In this document: positions 48,056 to 57,949 of the stretch, piece by piece | Position numbering within the stretch: the stretch's first letter is position 1 | How the letters are laid out: each line of letters begins with the position of its first letter | NCBI GenBank assembly: GCA_977020255.1 | Contig: CDROCS010001089.1 | Span: 186,001 to 250,000, forward strand | From: Obrimoposthia wandeli | Taxonomy: Eukaryota | Length of the DNA stretch: 64,000 bases | Direction of reading: 5' to 3' | Made by a program: the position numbers and the translations under genes | Notes under the pieces: generated by a model | Database searches by the model: none | Seen by the model: the letters and a program-made list of their open reading frames with translations, nothing else | What the model was told of the DNA's origin: nothing

Positions 48056-49324
48056 ATGAAAGATAACTCCATATCGCGTGTTAAACAGGCTTTTTTTCAA
48101 AATTCAGCGGCGACTATCGCTAGCATCATTATTGGCCTTTCATTCAAAATTTGGCTAGCTCATGAATTAGCTAAAAGTGATTTAGCACTTTTTAACACTG
48201 TTATAGATGTCATCTTATTAGCATTAATATTGATGACGGGTTTTAGATCTTCAATGGTGGTTACTTACTCACAAATTAAGAATGATCGAGATATTATTAA
48301 CGTGTTCCGTTTCAGCTTGTTAATAATGGTACTGTTCACTTGGGGCATTGTTTTACCCTATATAAAACACAAAATGCATTTAGATATAAGCTATTTTCAA
48401 TTTGTTGCCATTATTCTAGCGATAGGTCTTAAAGTATATTTTACCAATTTAGTCGCTATGTATCGCCTGTATCCCATTTCAAATAAAGTTACCTGGCTAG
48501 AGCCTGTGAGTAATGTAATATTTTTTATTTTTTGTTACTTCTTACTGGGCTTCCCTCCACTAAAGTCCTTATTCCTAGGCTTAACGCTATCGTCTTTGTT
48601 TGTGGCTGGGTTCATGTACAGACACCGCAATAAAACAATTTCAACAAGATCGCTGAATACAGTGACACTCAACCCTGAAATCGTAGGCTTTATTAAAAAG
48701 AGCTTTATTGCAGCTTTGGAAGCTGCGAGCAGTATTTTAATGATATATATAACGATTTTATTAACGGTTCAGCATTTTAGTATTGATGAATTAGGTGACT
48801 TTCAAGTAGTGGTACGCCCTATTTTCACTTACCTTACTTTGTTACTGGTCTTCCCTATTTACAAATTTGTATTACCAGAATTAGCTGTTTGTGTGCGTAA
48901 CAACGATATTGATCAAATAAAACAAATGAAGTTCTGGGTTTATAAATTAGCCATAAGCTTTAGTCTATGTTTTTTTATTATTATGCTCTTTTTTGCTGAC
49001 ACTATTGTAGGAGTGCTTTTTTCAACAGACTATATAGGCGCAGTGCCTGTGTTGATTCATTTTTCAGTTTTCTTTGTTTTTATGATGCTAAACGCCTTTC
49101 AACTAGCCTACATAAAAGCCAATGGTTTTTTCTTACGTAGCCTAATGATACGTCTAGTGGGGATAGTAACGTTGGTTAGTTCCTTCTACTTTTATATGCA
49201 GTTTACGCAAAACGTAGTCTCTATTATTAGCGCTTTAGGTACTGGATACCTCACTATGTTTTTATTTTCCTCAGCCGTTGAAAGGAACATTCTGAAGGGT
49301 AACAGTCAAAAAATAACTCCTTAA
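48056..49324 (+). CDS. Wzx/MATE-like polysaccharide flippase family membrane protein
   Basis: About 12 TM helices, ELGDFQVV mid-protein repeat, DYIGAVPVL; no adjacent glycosyltransferases. Confidence 0.7.
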   Translation: MKDNSISRVKQAFFQNSAATIASIIIGLSFKIWLAHELAKSDLALFNTVIDVILLALILMTGFRSSMVVTYSQIKNDRDIINVFRFSLLIMVLFTWGIVLPYIKHKMHLDISYFQFVAIILAIGLKVYFTNLVAMYRLYPISNKVTWLEPVSNVIFFIFCYFLLGFPPLKSLFLGLTLSSLFVAGFMYRHRNKTISTRSLNTVTLNPEIVGFIKKSFIAALEAASSILMIYITILLTVQHFSIDELGDFQVVVRPIFTYLTLLLVFPIYKFVLPELAVCVRNNDIDQIKQMKFWVYKLAISFSLCFFIIMLFFADTIVGVLFSTDYIGAVPVLIHFSVFFVFMMLNAFQLAYIKANGFFLRSLMIRLVGIVTLVSSFYFYMQFTQNVVSIISALGTGYLTMFLFSSAVERNILKGNSQKITP

Positions 49325-49472
49325 GCGCAAATTAACCTCCAGAACAGTCACTTATTTACGCTAGTCTGTAATCAAGGGATTTAAACATTTCATATGGAGG
49401 GAAACATGGGATAATAGCGCCCTTATTTTGCGCACCGCGCTGTTTTTATTATTGAGTTGAGGGAATTTATAC

Positions 49473-49805
49473 ATGCATGATTTATATTACAAAGGGCGCA
49501 TTCATACGCGTGTTAACCATGTAAATGCAGGTTACAATACAAATCGTGATGTTCAATTGGGTACTACGAAGTCTCCTTTAGCGTTAACAGTAACTAATGA
49601 AAACAGAAAAGCTGAGGTTGAATCATTACTGAGTGAACATCAGCTTGTGGCCAACATAACAGTTGATGAAACAGCAGCTGAAAACATTCATGATTTGACC
49701 GCTATTATCGATAAGCCTAGCCCTGTTACGGTTGAAAAAAAGCCTGAGCGAAATGATCCTTGCTCATGCAATAGCGGTAAAAAATACAAGAAATGCTGCG
49801 GCTAG
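49473..49805 (+). CDS. PBPRA1643-type SEC-C motif protein
   Basis: [12 protein letters not shown]-terminal part; C-terminal [18 protein letters not shown]. Confidence 0.85.
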   Translation: MHDLYYKGRIHTRVNHVNAGYNTNRDVQLGTTKSPLALTVTNENRKAEVESLLSEHQLVANITVDETAAENIHDLTAIIDKPSPVTVEKKPERNDPCSCNSGKKYKKCCG

Positions 49806-49963
49806 TTTCGCAAATTTCAAATTCCTCAATGATGATGTGAGCTTTCATTTAGTAAAAACGGTTCTGAAAAACCTTACTACTAAGACTAAGCTGCGCATTT
49901 TGTTTAATTATTGGCGCAGCTTTGGTTGAAATTATAAACCCATCAATGGCTTTTTTCTCTTCA

Positions 49964-50400
49964 TTATTGAGTAATAACGCTCATCTGCTCATCGCTCCAA
50001 TTAATAGCACGACGATAACAACTTGCGATATCCTCTAGCTTGAGCGACAAACTTTCGCTAACTGCTTCTAACTCAGACCAATCACCTTCCTCATAACTCA
50101 TTGTTATTGCATCAAATTGGGCTAACTCCCCCTCTTTTAGCAACAAGGTTGCGCTGACTTGCTCTCCTGCGCGAATTATCGCCAATGCTTCACTAAACTT
50201 TGCGCGTAGCAATGACATCGCCAATAACTCGGTAGATTTTCCTCTTGAGCTTTGGGCAGTGAAGAGAATCGTCACGAATTTAGTCAATTCTTCTTTTCCT
50301 AAACTGATAATTGCCTGCTTAATCGAGGAGATTTCTACCTGGCGTTTAAACAGCGCCGAATTACTGTAACGCAGCAGTTTGTATGTCAAATTCACATCAG
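49964..50400 (-). pseudogene. Truncated HDOD domain of an EAL-HDOD protein
   Basis: DVNLTYKLLRYSNS...ISSIKQAIISLG, RAKFSE, then an internal deletion; in-frame stop just upstream; EAL part missing at MITE C copy 2. Confidence 0.72.
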
Positions 50401-50455
50401 CTTGAAATAGTGTTTTACACTATTAATGAGGATGATTAAGCCCAACTGTTTCTAC

Positions 50456-50594
50456 GAGACCTTTGCACAATTACTGCACTCAGTGATACGGCGTTAAAAA
50501 CAAGCTCAAAATCCTCATTTATAGGCATAAACTCCGGTTTTTCGCTTGTTTTTGCCTTGTCTCACTGTCGCTCGCTACTTTGTGCAAAGGTCTC
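50456..50594. mobile_element. MITE family C, copy 2
   Basis: Near-identical to 40834-40972; flanks TCTAC / TCTAT. Confidence 0.9.
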
Positions 50595-50681
50595 TCTATA
50601 TTTTTTTAATTGCTGTTACTACTAGCTTTCACGCTAATCAATTCGTAGACTAGTGCCTCCAGAAACCCAGATGTTACAAGC

Positions 50682-51770
50682 ATGAAGATAAGCAGTATAT
50701 ATAGTGTAATCAATCATAAGAAAGTCTTTATTTTTTTCGGCTTAATATTACTGTTATTCATGTTTGAGTCGCAAATGGTTAACGCTGCTACTTTAAACAA
50801 CAAAACCAGCAACTCGCTTAAAACTAGCAAGCATATCACTTTACTTACCCCTAATACCGTGATGAAGCACATTAGAAAACAAAAAAACAAACCGTTAGTA
50901 GTTTTGTTTTCTTCTTTCGATACCGCTTGTAATCAGTGTTCTAAGGCGAACCAAGCCTTTTATAAATTAAGTGTAGGTAAGAAACGTGAGTTTGAGTTTG
51001 TCTTTGTAAATACACACCCGTGGTTAAAAAAAGAATTGGAAACCAGCCTTTATTATAAAGTTAATATCAAATCTCCAGTTACTCTAGTACTTTTTAAAAC
51101 AAAAGTGCTTAGAAGATTAGTGGGTAACCAATATTCTAAAATGCCTAATTACCTAAATGCTGTTAAACAGGATATTCGCCAAAATAAGCTCGCACTCTAT
51201 AGCGAAAAGCTAACAGCTGGCAATTTTAGCGCCATTGTTATTTCTGATAAGTATCAACAAGTGCTCAGTAAATATTTAGCGGCTGCTGATGATTATAAAG
51301 CGCTTGCGGTGGCCTCTAATAAGCGTAATGGTTGGACAGCTAGCCGAAAAATGGGCTATTTGTCACAGCAAGCAGCTAACTCCCAAGCGTTGAAGCAATG
51401 TAATGATCGCTGGCATACTAAAGGCTACAAAAACAACTGTAAGTTGTATATGATCAGCAATCAGTACGTTTATAACAAGTCAGCCACCCAAATTAAAGCG
51501 CTCACCGCTTCGCTGACAGGCTTGACCACACGTATAGACAAGCATGCTTTAAAGCTTAAAAGTAAGCACAAAAACACCGCACTCGCTTATTCTGTAAGTC
51601 GCTCAGGTAACTGGACGTCAAGTTATGTGTTTAATCAAAAAAGCGAGAAGAACGCGGTAAATACGGTGCTAAAAAACTGCGAAAAGCGCCGCCTTAAAAA
51701 GAACTTAAACTCTCCTTGCAAATTGTATTTCGTGAATGATAAATTTGTCACTAACCGCTCAACGCTCTAG
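50682..51770 (+). CDS. Secreted/membrane-anchored basic protein: thioredoxin-like CxxC domain plus two DUF4189-like repeats (tentative)
   Basis: N-terminal hydrophobic segment, ACNQCS, two modules (YKALAVA...ALKQC...CKLY; TALAYSV...VLKNC...CKLY). Confidence 0.55.
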   Translation: MKISSIYSVINHKKVFIFFGLILLLFMFESQMVNAATLNNKTSNSLKTSKHITLLTPNTVMKHIRKQKNKPLVVLFSSFDTACNQCSKANQAFYKLSVGKKREFEFVFVNTHPWLKKELETSLYYKVNIKSPVTLVLFKTKVLRRLVGNQYSKMPNYLNAVKQDIRQNKLALYSEKLTAGNFSAIVISDKYQQVLSKYLAAADDYKALAVASNKRNGWTASRKMGYLSQQAANSQALKQCNDRWHTKGYKNNCKLYMISNQYVYNKSATQIKALTASLTGLTTRIDKHALKLKSKHKNTALAYSVSRSGNWTSSYVFNQKSEKNAVNTVLKNCEKRRLKKNLNSPCKLYFVNDKFVTNRSTL

Positions 51771-51900
51771 CAATTTTCCTAACAATCGATCTAACAAAAA
51801 ATAAATAATTATTAGTAGCTTATAACCTTTACTCTAAACACTCTTGAGCCAATCTTAGTTACTTTTATCAGCACTTAATTTGCTCTATTAAGAGCGGTAC

Positions 51901-52848
51901 TTGCAGGAAGCACTTATCATGAAACAAATGCGTGAAAATATAGCTCAAAACGCCAATTTAAGCGGCATTATTTATATGCTAGTTGCGATGTTTTCTTTGG
52001 CAACTATGGATGCATTGGCAAAGTTTTTAGTAAAAGACAATTATGATCCTATTCAAATACTGGCGATGCGTAGCTGGATCATTTTAGCGGCAATGCTCAC
52101 TTATTACGTTGTTCGAAAAAAATTGCACAAACTGCATACCACCAAGCCTCTCGCTCAGATAGCGCGTGGCCTTTTTGGTTTTTTAGCGCCTTATTGCTTC
52201 TTCAAATCTCTACAAACATTGCCGCTTGCTGATGCGACGGTGATTTTTTTCAGCTCTACATTTATGATTACCGCTTTATCTGGCCCGCTATTAAAGGAAA
52301 AGGTTGGTTTGTACCGCTGGTCAGCTGTGGTGCTTGGTTTTGTCGGGGTACTTATCGCTATGGATACACAAGGAGATGGTGCGCTAACAAGTTATGCTTA
52401 TTGCTTAGCGGGTAGTTTCTCATACTCTATTTTGTTTATTTCAGGGCGCTGGTTGGCGCGTACAGAGTCCGTTGATTCTTTGGTATTTTTCTTTAATTTA
52501 TGCATGGTTATTATCGCAACCAGCTTAACGCCTATGGTTTGGAATGCTGTGGCCGTGGCGGATTACGGCCCTATTGTGCTCTTTTCTGCTTTGGCTCTAA
52601 TTGGCCACTTCTGTGTCACTCATGCTTTTAGCCGGGCCAGTGTTGCAGTGATAGCGCCTCTGGAATATACCGCACTCATTTGGGCGGTACTTTGGGGCTA
52701 TGTAATTTGGGCTGAGGTTCCAGGAGCACGAGTTATCATCGGCGGAGCAGTTATCATTTCATGCGCTTTATTTGTGGTGTATCGCGAGACCCATAACGCG
52801 CGAAAAGCTAGGAGAGCCAAGAAAAACATTGCACAAACGCCTCTGTAA
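51901..52848 (+). CDS. DMT/EamA family transporter
   Basis: LPLADATVIFF, LLKEKVGLYRW, APLEY..LIWA. Confidence 0.9.
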   Translation: MQEALIMKQMRENIAQNANLSGIIYMLVAMFSLATMDALAKFLVKDNYDPIQILAMRSWIILAAMLTYYVVRKKLHKLHTTKPLAQIARGLFGFLAPYCFFKSLQTLPLADATVIFFSSTFMITALSGPLLKEKVGLYRWSAVVLGFVGVLIAMDTQGDGALTSYAYCLAGSFSYSILFISGRWLARTESVDSLVFFFNLCMVIIATSLTPMVWNAVAVADYGPIVLFSALALIGHFCVTHAFSRASVAVIAPLEYTALIWAVLWGYVIWAEVPGARVIIGGAVIISCALFVVYRETHNARKARRAKKNIAQTPL

Positions 52849-53003
52849 TAAATATTATTACACGTACAAAAGGGCGTAAAGATGCCTCTGCTGAAGGCCT
52901 ATTTTCAGATACCACGTTCTTTTTACATCCGCCATCTTGAATATATTCATCGTTGTTTAAAATACATTAATATGAAAATCAACCAATCTGAAAGAGTGTT
53001 TAA

Positions 53004-53435
53004 ATGAGTTCAGTCAGTTTCAACTGCACTAAGTGTAATACAACTAATCGCATATTACTCTGTGATATTGAAGATGCTACTAGCTGTAAAAAGTGCAAGC
53101 ACGAGCTGCTCGATGGTGTTGTGATTGAACTACTGATGCATAATTTTCAAGCTTTAATCAACAGTAGTAAGCCTCTATTAGTGTTTATGTCCGGGCCTAA
53201 TTGCAGTATTTGTAAAACTTTTACGCTTACCTTTAACGCCTTTGCTCAACAAAAAAATGCCAAGGTTAGATTTGCTCAAGCTTATTTGCCCAAAAATAAA
53301 GGGTTAACTAGTAAGTACAAAATAAGAGGCGTGCCAACGGTTGCCCTTTTCGCTAAGGGAAAATTACAAGCCATCGTGCATGGTGGGATGCGTAAAAGTG
53401 AACTAGTGCAGTTTGTTAAGAAAAATGTAGCTTGA
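53004..53435 (+). CDS. TrxC (Trx2)-like thioredoxin with divergent active site
   Basis: N-terminal CTKC...CKKC Zn ribbon; NCSIC in place of WCGPC; IRGVPT. Confidence 0.72.
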   Translation: MSSVSFNCTKCNTTNRILLCDIEDATSCKKCKHELLDGVVIELLMHNFQALINSSKPLLVFMSGPNCSICKTFTLTFNAFAQQKNAKVRFAQAYLPKNKGLTSKYKIRGVPTVALFAKGKLQAIVHGGMRKSELVQFVKKNVA

Positions 53436-53485
53436 AATAGTTATTCACAATTAGCCAATTAAATGGTGAATAACTTTTATGATTA

Positions 53486-53637
53486 CATTAGTGTCCGGTT
53501 TAGTTTTTGTTGTTCTTTAACTCATTGATTTTACGTTAGCCACAAGCATTATTCGGCTGAATAAAACTAAACTAATTATGCTAGAAAACCACAAATCAAT
53601 GAGTAAAGAGCTTACACTTTTTAACCGGACAGCAATA
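53486..53637. mobile_element. MITE family A, copy 9
   Basis: Family ends; perfect 9-bp duplication TTATGATTA. Confidence 0.92.
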
Positions 53638-53643
53638 TTATGA

Positions 53644-53940
53644 TTAATGCTGTTGTGGCGATTTCTTTTTATCTTCAAAATATTTAATGTGTTGGTCTAA
53701 GTTTTCTTCCAGCATTTCATTGTACTGACTAGAAAACCAAGCGAGCGCGTCGTTGCGCTCTGCTGCTAAATCCTTTGCTTTGAAAGCAGCTTCATGGGCG
53801 TTAAAACGCGCTGCCGCATAACGTATCGCAGCTCCAACCTCACCGATTTCTTTACCTTCTTGTTCAACCAAGCGATTGGCAACATTAATAAATTCATCAG
53901 CCATTTTAAATAGCGCCAATGCAGTTTCTTTATCTGACAT
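53644..53940 (-). CDS. DUF3144 family protein
   Basis: MADEFINVAN...VGAAIRYAAARFNA...QYNEMLEENL. Confidence 0.82.
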   Translation of the reverse strand: MSDKETALALFKMADEFINVANRLVEQEGKEIGEVGAAIRYAAARFNAHEAAFKAKDLAAERNDALAWFSSQYNEMLEENLDQHIKYFEDKKKSPQQH

Positions 53941-54125
53941 AATGTAATGCTTCCTAATTCTTTTTTATCCACAAGCCCAAACTTGCCTAGTGCCACAGCA
54001 TACGCTGTTATAAATTGATATAAAAGCGAGCGAGCGACAACTTTTAACTCTGGCCCAAATCAGCGCAATAACTGGTGCTATTACCGACTTTGTAAAGTAA
54101 ATAAGCAACTATGGAGATTACAGCT

Positions 54126-54264
54126 CATTTGAATCTTTAATCTAATGTAATTCATTGATTTCGCTCTAACTAAGAACATTGATTGGTTGAAAAATAGCTA
54201 TTAAGCAAAACAGGTAGCCACAAATCAATACATAAGAGCTTACATTTTTCACTGGAAAGCGATG
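54126..54264. mobile_element. MITE family A, copy 10 (highly degenerate)
   Basis: TTCATTGATTT, CCACAAATCAAT, GAGCTTACATTTTTCACTGGAAAGCGATG match the family right arm. Confidence 0.6.
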
Positions 54265-54610
54265 AACTTTGGATTAATTATTTCATAACACCCTATATGA
54301 TGCCTCCAAATTACTATACCCCTACAGCTACGCAAGTGACTCATTGGGCGTTTTATATTTTCACTTTAAAACACTTGTTATTGAGAGTAATGCAGAGCCT
54401 TAATGGGCGTTATTTTTTAATTTGAACATGAAATCTATTCAACACCGAACTATCAACTATGCGTAAAAATTGGAGATTTATTTAATAAAAAAAGAAGCTT
54501 GTTTGCCAACCCTAGTTTCACTTATCATGCTTGTCCCTTTACTTAGTTGAACTGGCTTATATTTTTTAGCTGGACAGCTATATAGTGATTTATAGAAGGC
54601 CTACACATTT

Positions 54611-55363
54611 ATGGACATCTCAGCGCTCGACATTCTTTTGCTATTAACCGCTGGATTATTCGGCGGCATCATCAACACTTTAGCAGGAGGTGGGTCAAAC
54701 TTAACCATGCCCGCCTTAATGGTAATGGGCCTACCAGCGGATGTGGCAAATGCCACCAATAGGTTAGGTATATTTTTACAATCGCTCACCGCTGTCGCCA
54801 AATTCCACCAGCAAGATAAGCTGCCGAAGGATGACTTAAAAGGAGTGCTTATCCCCAGCATAGCTGGTGGCTTAATTGGCGCTATTGGAGCCGCATGGGC
54901 GCCTGTATGGCTATTGAAGCCGCTTTTATTGGGCACTATGCTAACAGTGGCTGGCATCATGCTTTTTTGGCCTTCAGCTATCCCCGATGAAAACAGTCAA
55001 GCATACAAAGTAAGTGAGCGCCGCTCAGGCTTTTGGGGTCTATTACTGGCAGGCATTTACGGAGGCTTTGTACAGGCAGGTGTTGGCTTCATTCTGCTAA
55101 CAGTACTGGCCAGCAGCTTGCGTTATGATCTAGTACGCGCTAACGCCCTTAAGCTGTTGTGCTCTTTAGGGTTCACCGCTATCGCTTTACTAGTATTCAT
55201 CAGCCAAGGTTTGGTCAATTGGCATTATGGGTTAATTCTATCAGTAGGCTTTATCGCCGGGGCTTTCTTCGGTGTTAAACTCGCGATTAAAGCCAGCGCC
55301 AAAACAATGAAACGCGCAGTATTTTTACTAACGCTCTTCGCCTGCATCGCCGCCTACTTTTAA
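54611..55363 (+). CDS. TauE/SafE family (sulfite exporter) membrane protein
   Basis: GIINTLAGGGS, ANATNR, GIYGGFVQAGVG, ANALK. Confidence 0.9.
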   Translation: MDISALDILLLLTAGLFGGIINTLAGGGSNLTMPALMVMGLPADVANATNRLGIFLQSLTAVAKFHQQDKLPKDDLKGVLIPSIAGGLIGAIGAAWAPVWLLKPLLLGTMLTVAGIMLFWPSAIPDENSQAYKVSERRSGFWGLLLAGIYGGFVQAGVGFILLTVLASSLRYDLVRANALKLLCSLGFTAIALLVFISQGLVNWHYGLILSVGFIAGAFFGVKLAIKASAKTMKRAVFLLTLFACIAAYF

Positions 55364-55478
55364 GTGTTCTTTAATGGGACTTATTGAATAGAATCTACGC
55401 AATAGGAGCGCTAAGATAACATCTTATCACTCCCGTTTTTAGTTCGTAGTTTCTAACTCTTAACTCGAAGCTTTTATC

Positions 55479-56219
55479 TCAGAGTAACTCCCACAAAGTA
55501 TTAAAAATAATTTGTTGCGCTGCCGCCACTTCTTTAGCCTCAATCACCACCGCAGTAGGATAATTGTTGGATGCAAGCGAAATAATAGCCACTTTAGGTG
55601 GGTAAATCGCAATATAAGCGGCATCTACTTGTCCTTCTGTTTTTAACCATTTACGCTGGGATAACTCAGCCTCCTCTCCCCCGTCGCCGATCGCGATTAC
55701 GCGCACTCCAATCTCTTTTTTAATGCGCAAATTCGTGTAATTAGGAAAAGGGCGATATAAGTGAGAGCGGATGGGCTTAGATGAGAATACCGCATAATCT
55801 TTATTTTGCGATCTCTGCACAGTACTCAGTATATCGCGCAGTACGAACTCTATCCCCTCATCCCCTTCAAAGAACTGCACTTGGGCACTGGCGAAATCTG
55901 GTTTTAAATGCTGCAAATCCGGAATTACCGTTGATTTCAGTTGCTCGATAGCGGTGTCTAAGTCAGCTTGCTTTTTTTCGGCAATTTGCAACAGTACCTC
56001 GGGATCGCGTGGCGCAAATAACTTGCGCCTTCCCCTGGGTAAGTAATTGACCACACCTTTTTGCAGTAAGCTTTTTAAACACTCGTGAGTAGTCCCTCTA
56101 TTAATGTCCGATTTTTCAGCCACTGTTCTAATTGGACTAGGCCCCAATGACAATAGTGATTGATAAATGATAGCTTCTTTAGCACTAAGGCCTAATTTTT
56201 CTAATGTTTTATTATGCAT
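55479..56219 (-). CDS. TrmB family transcriptional regulator
   Basis: LEKLGLSAKEAIIYQSLL...INRGTTHECLKSL HTH; QFFEGDEGI; IYPPKVAIIS...AVVIE C-terminal domain. Confidence 0.85.
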   Translation of the reverse strand: MHNKTLEKLGLSAKEAIIYQSLLSLGPSPIRTVAEKSDINRGTTHECLKSLLQKGVVNYLPRGRRKLFAPRDPEVLLQIAEKKQADLDTAIEQLKSTVIPDLQHLKPDFASAQVQFFEGDEGIEFVLRDILSTVQRSQNKDYAVFSSKPIRSHLYRPFPNYTNLRIKKEIGVRVIAIGDGGEEAELSQRKWLKTEGQVDAAYIAIYPPKVAIISLASNNYPTAVVIEAKEVAAAQQIIFNTLWELL

Positions 56220-56220
56220 A

Positions 56221-56241
56221 TTGTCAACTTTTTCCTGACAA
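56221..56241. promoter_or_regulatory. Palindromic operator candidate between the trmB-like gene and glmU
   Basis: TTGTCA-N9-TGACAA, 1 bp from the regulator start codon. Confidence 0.5.
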
Positions 56242-56336
56242 GTGGTATTGTTTATTTTTATTATTGCTTTAAATTAGCGTCTATTGAAAGCAATATTTTT
56301 AACAAACGGATAAAGCTAGTTTAAAATGGAGAATAC

Positions 56337-57716
56337 ATGAGCACAGATGTCATTATTTTAGCAGCAGGGAAAGGCTCGAGGATGCGCTCATCACTGCCAA
56401 AAGTGTTACATAAAATTGGCGGCAAACCAATGGTACAACATGTTATAGATCAATCTAATACATTGGATATTAGCCAGCACGACATCACTACACATGTGGT
56501 TGTTGGTCATCAAGCCGCTATGATGCAAGAGACATTAACTGGCCAAAACATCATATTTTCACTACAAAGCGAGCAACTAGGGACCGGCCATGCCGTGGCT
56601 CAGGCATTAAAGAATGTTAGCAACAATGGCGTTAGTTTGATTTTATATGGAGATGTTCCTTTAACGCAAAGTAACACTATGCAAATGCTGCTAGATACGG
56701 CCAACAGCGACCAGGTAGGTCTGTTAACAGTGAATCTAGCCAACCCTATGGGTTATGGCCGAATTGTGCGCGATGCAAACCAACACGTCAAAGCGATTGT
56801 AGAGCAAAAAGATGCTAGCGCTGAGCAGCTTAAAATAAGTGAAATAAACACCGGAATTATGGCGGTTCCCAATAAATTCTTACGCAAATGGATAGCGCAG
56901 CTAAACAATAACAATGCTCAAGGCGAATACTACCTCACCGATATTATTGCCATGGCAGCGGCCGATAATGTTGAAGTTATTACCCAATCGCCCAACGCTG
57001 AACAAGAAGTGCAAGGTATTAACGATAAAGTGCAACTTGCCCAATTAGAGCGTTATTTCCAACTACAAAAGGCTCAAGATCTGATGATAGCAGGCGCCAC
57101 TTTAGTTGACCCAAGTCGTTTAGATATTCGTGGTAACGTGACTATCAAAGGCGAAGTTGAAATTGATGTTAATGTCATTTTTGAGGGTAATGTAGTGCTG
57201 GGCGCTGGCGTGAAAATTGACGCTAATTGCATCATCAAAGATGCGGTGATTGGCGATAACGTACATATTAAAGCTAACTCAATGATCGAGCAAAGCATCG
57301 CGGCAGATAACTGCGAAATAGGCCCTTTTGCACGCTTGCGCCCTGGTACTGAGCTTGCAGCAAAAGCGAAGGTTGGCAACTTTGTTGAAACTAAAAAAGC
57401 GATAATCGGTGAAGGTTCAAAAGTGAATCACTTTACCTATTTAGGTGATGCAGTATTAGGCGCAGACGTTAATGTCGGCGCAGGCACTATCACTTGTAAC
57501 TACGATGGCGTTAACAAATTCAAAACGCAAATTGGTGATGGCGCTTTTATCGGCTCTAACTCTTCGCTGGTTGCACCCGTTAAAATTGGTGCGGGTGCCA
57601 CTATTGGCGCTGGATCTACGGTAACGAAAGAAGTAGCTGATAATCAACTTGCCGTTGCACGTGGCAAACAAGTTAATCTGACTAATTGGCAACGACCGGC
57701 AAAAAACAAGCCGTAA
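56337..57716 (+). CDS. glmU: Bifunctional UDP-GlcNAc pyrophosphorylase / glucosamine-1-P acetyltransferase
   Basis: ILAAGKGSRMRS..PKVLH, EQLGTGHA, QGEYYLTD, hexapeptide repeats, TITCNYDG. Confidence 0.98.
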   Translation: MSTDVIILAAGKGSRMRSSLPKVLHKIGGKPMVQHVIDQSNTLDISQHDITTHVVVGHQAAMMQETLTGQNIIFSLQSEQLGTGHAVAQALKNVSNNGVSLILYGDVPLTQSNTMQMLLDTANSDQVGLLTVNLANPMGYGRIVRDANQHVKAIVEQKDASAEQLKISEINTGIMAVPNKFLRKWIAQLNNNNAQGEYYLTDIIAMAAADNVEVITQSPNAEQEVQGINDKVQLAQLERYFQLQKAQDLMIAGATLVDPSRLDIRGNVTIKGEVEIDVNVIFEGNVVLGAGVKIDANCIIKDAVIGDNVHIKANSMIEQSIAADNCEIGPFARLRPGTELAAKAKVGNFVETKKAIIGEGSKVNHFTYLGDAVLGADVNVGAGTITCNYDGVNKFKTQIGDGAFIGSNSSLVAPVKIGAGATIGAGSTVTKEVADNQLAVARGKQVNLTNWQRPAKNKP

Positions 57717-57754
57717 CCGTAGCTATACCCTGTTTGATACAACACTCTTAATTA

Positions 57755-57913
57755 GTGCTCATCCTGAAACGGGGTCGTCGCGAGAGCGCCCCAATGATTC
57801 AAGATAGGTACTACTAGATATGGGCGTTTGGTTATTCCAAACAACTAGATCTAGTCGTGAGTAGATTGAGCTAGTGAGGCGTTCGCAGTAAACATCCGTT
57901 TCTGGATGGGCAC
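57755..57913. mobile_element. MITE family B, copy 3 (between glmU and glmS)
   Basis: Reverse orientation, TAATTA both sides. Confidence 0.9.
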
Positions 57914-57949
57914 TAATTAGTAAACAACATTCAATTTTAAGGAAGAACT

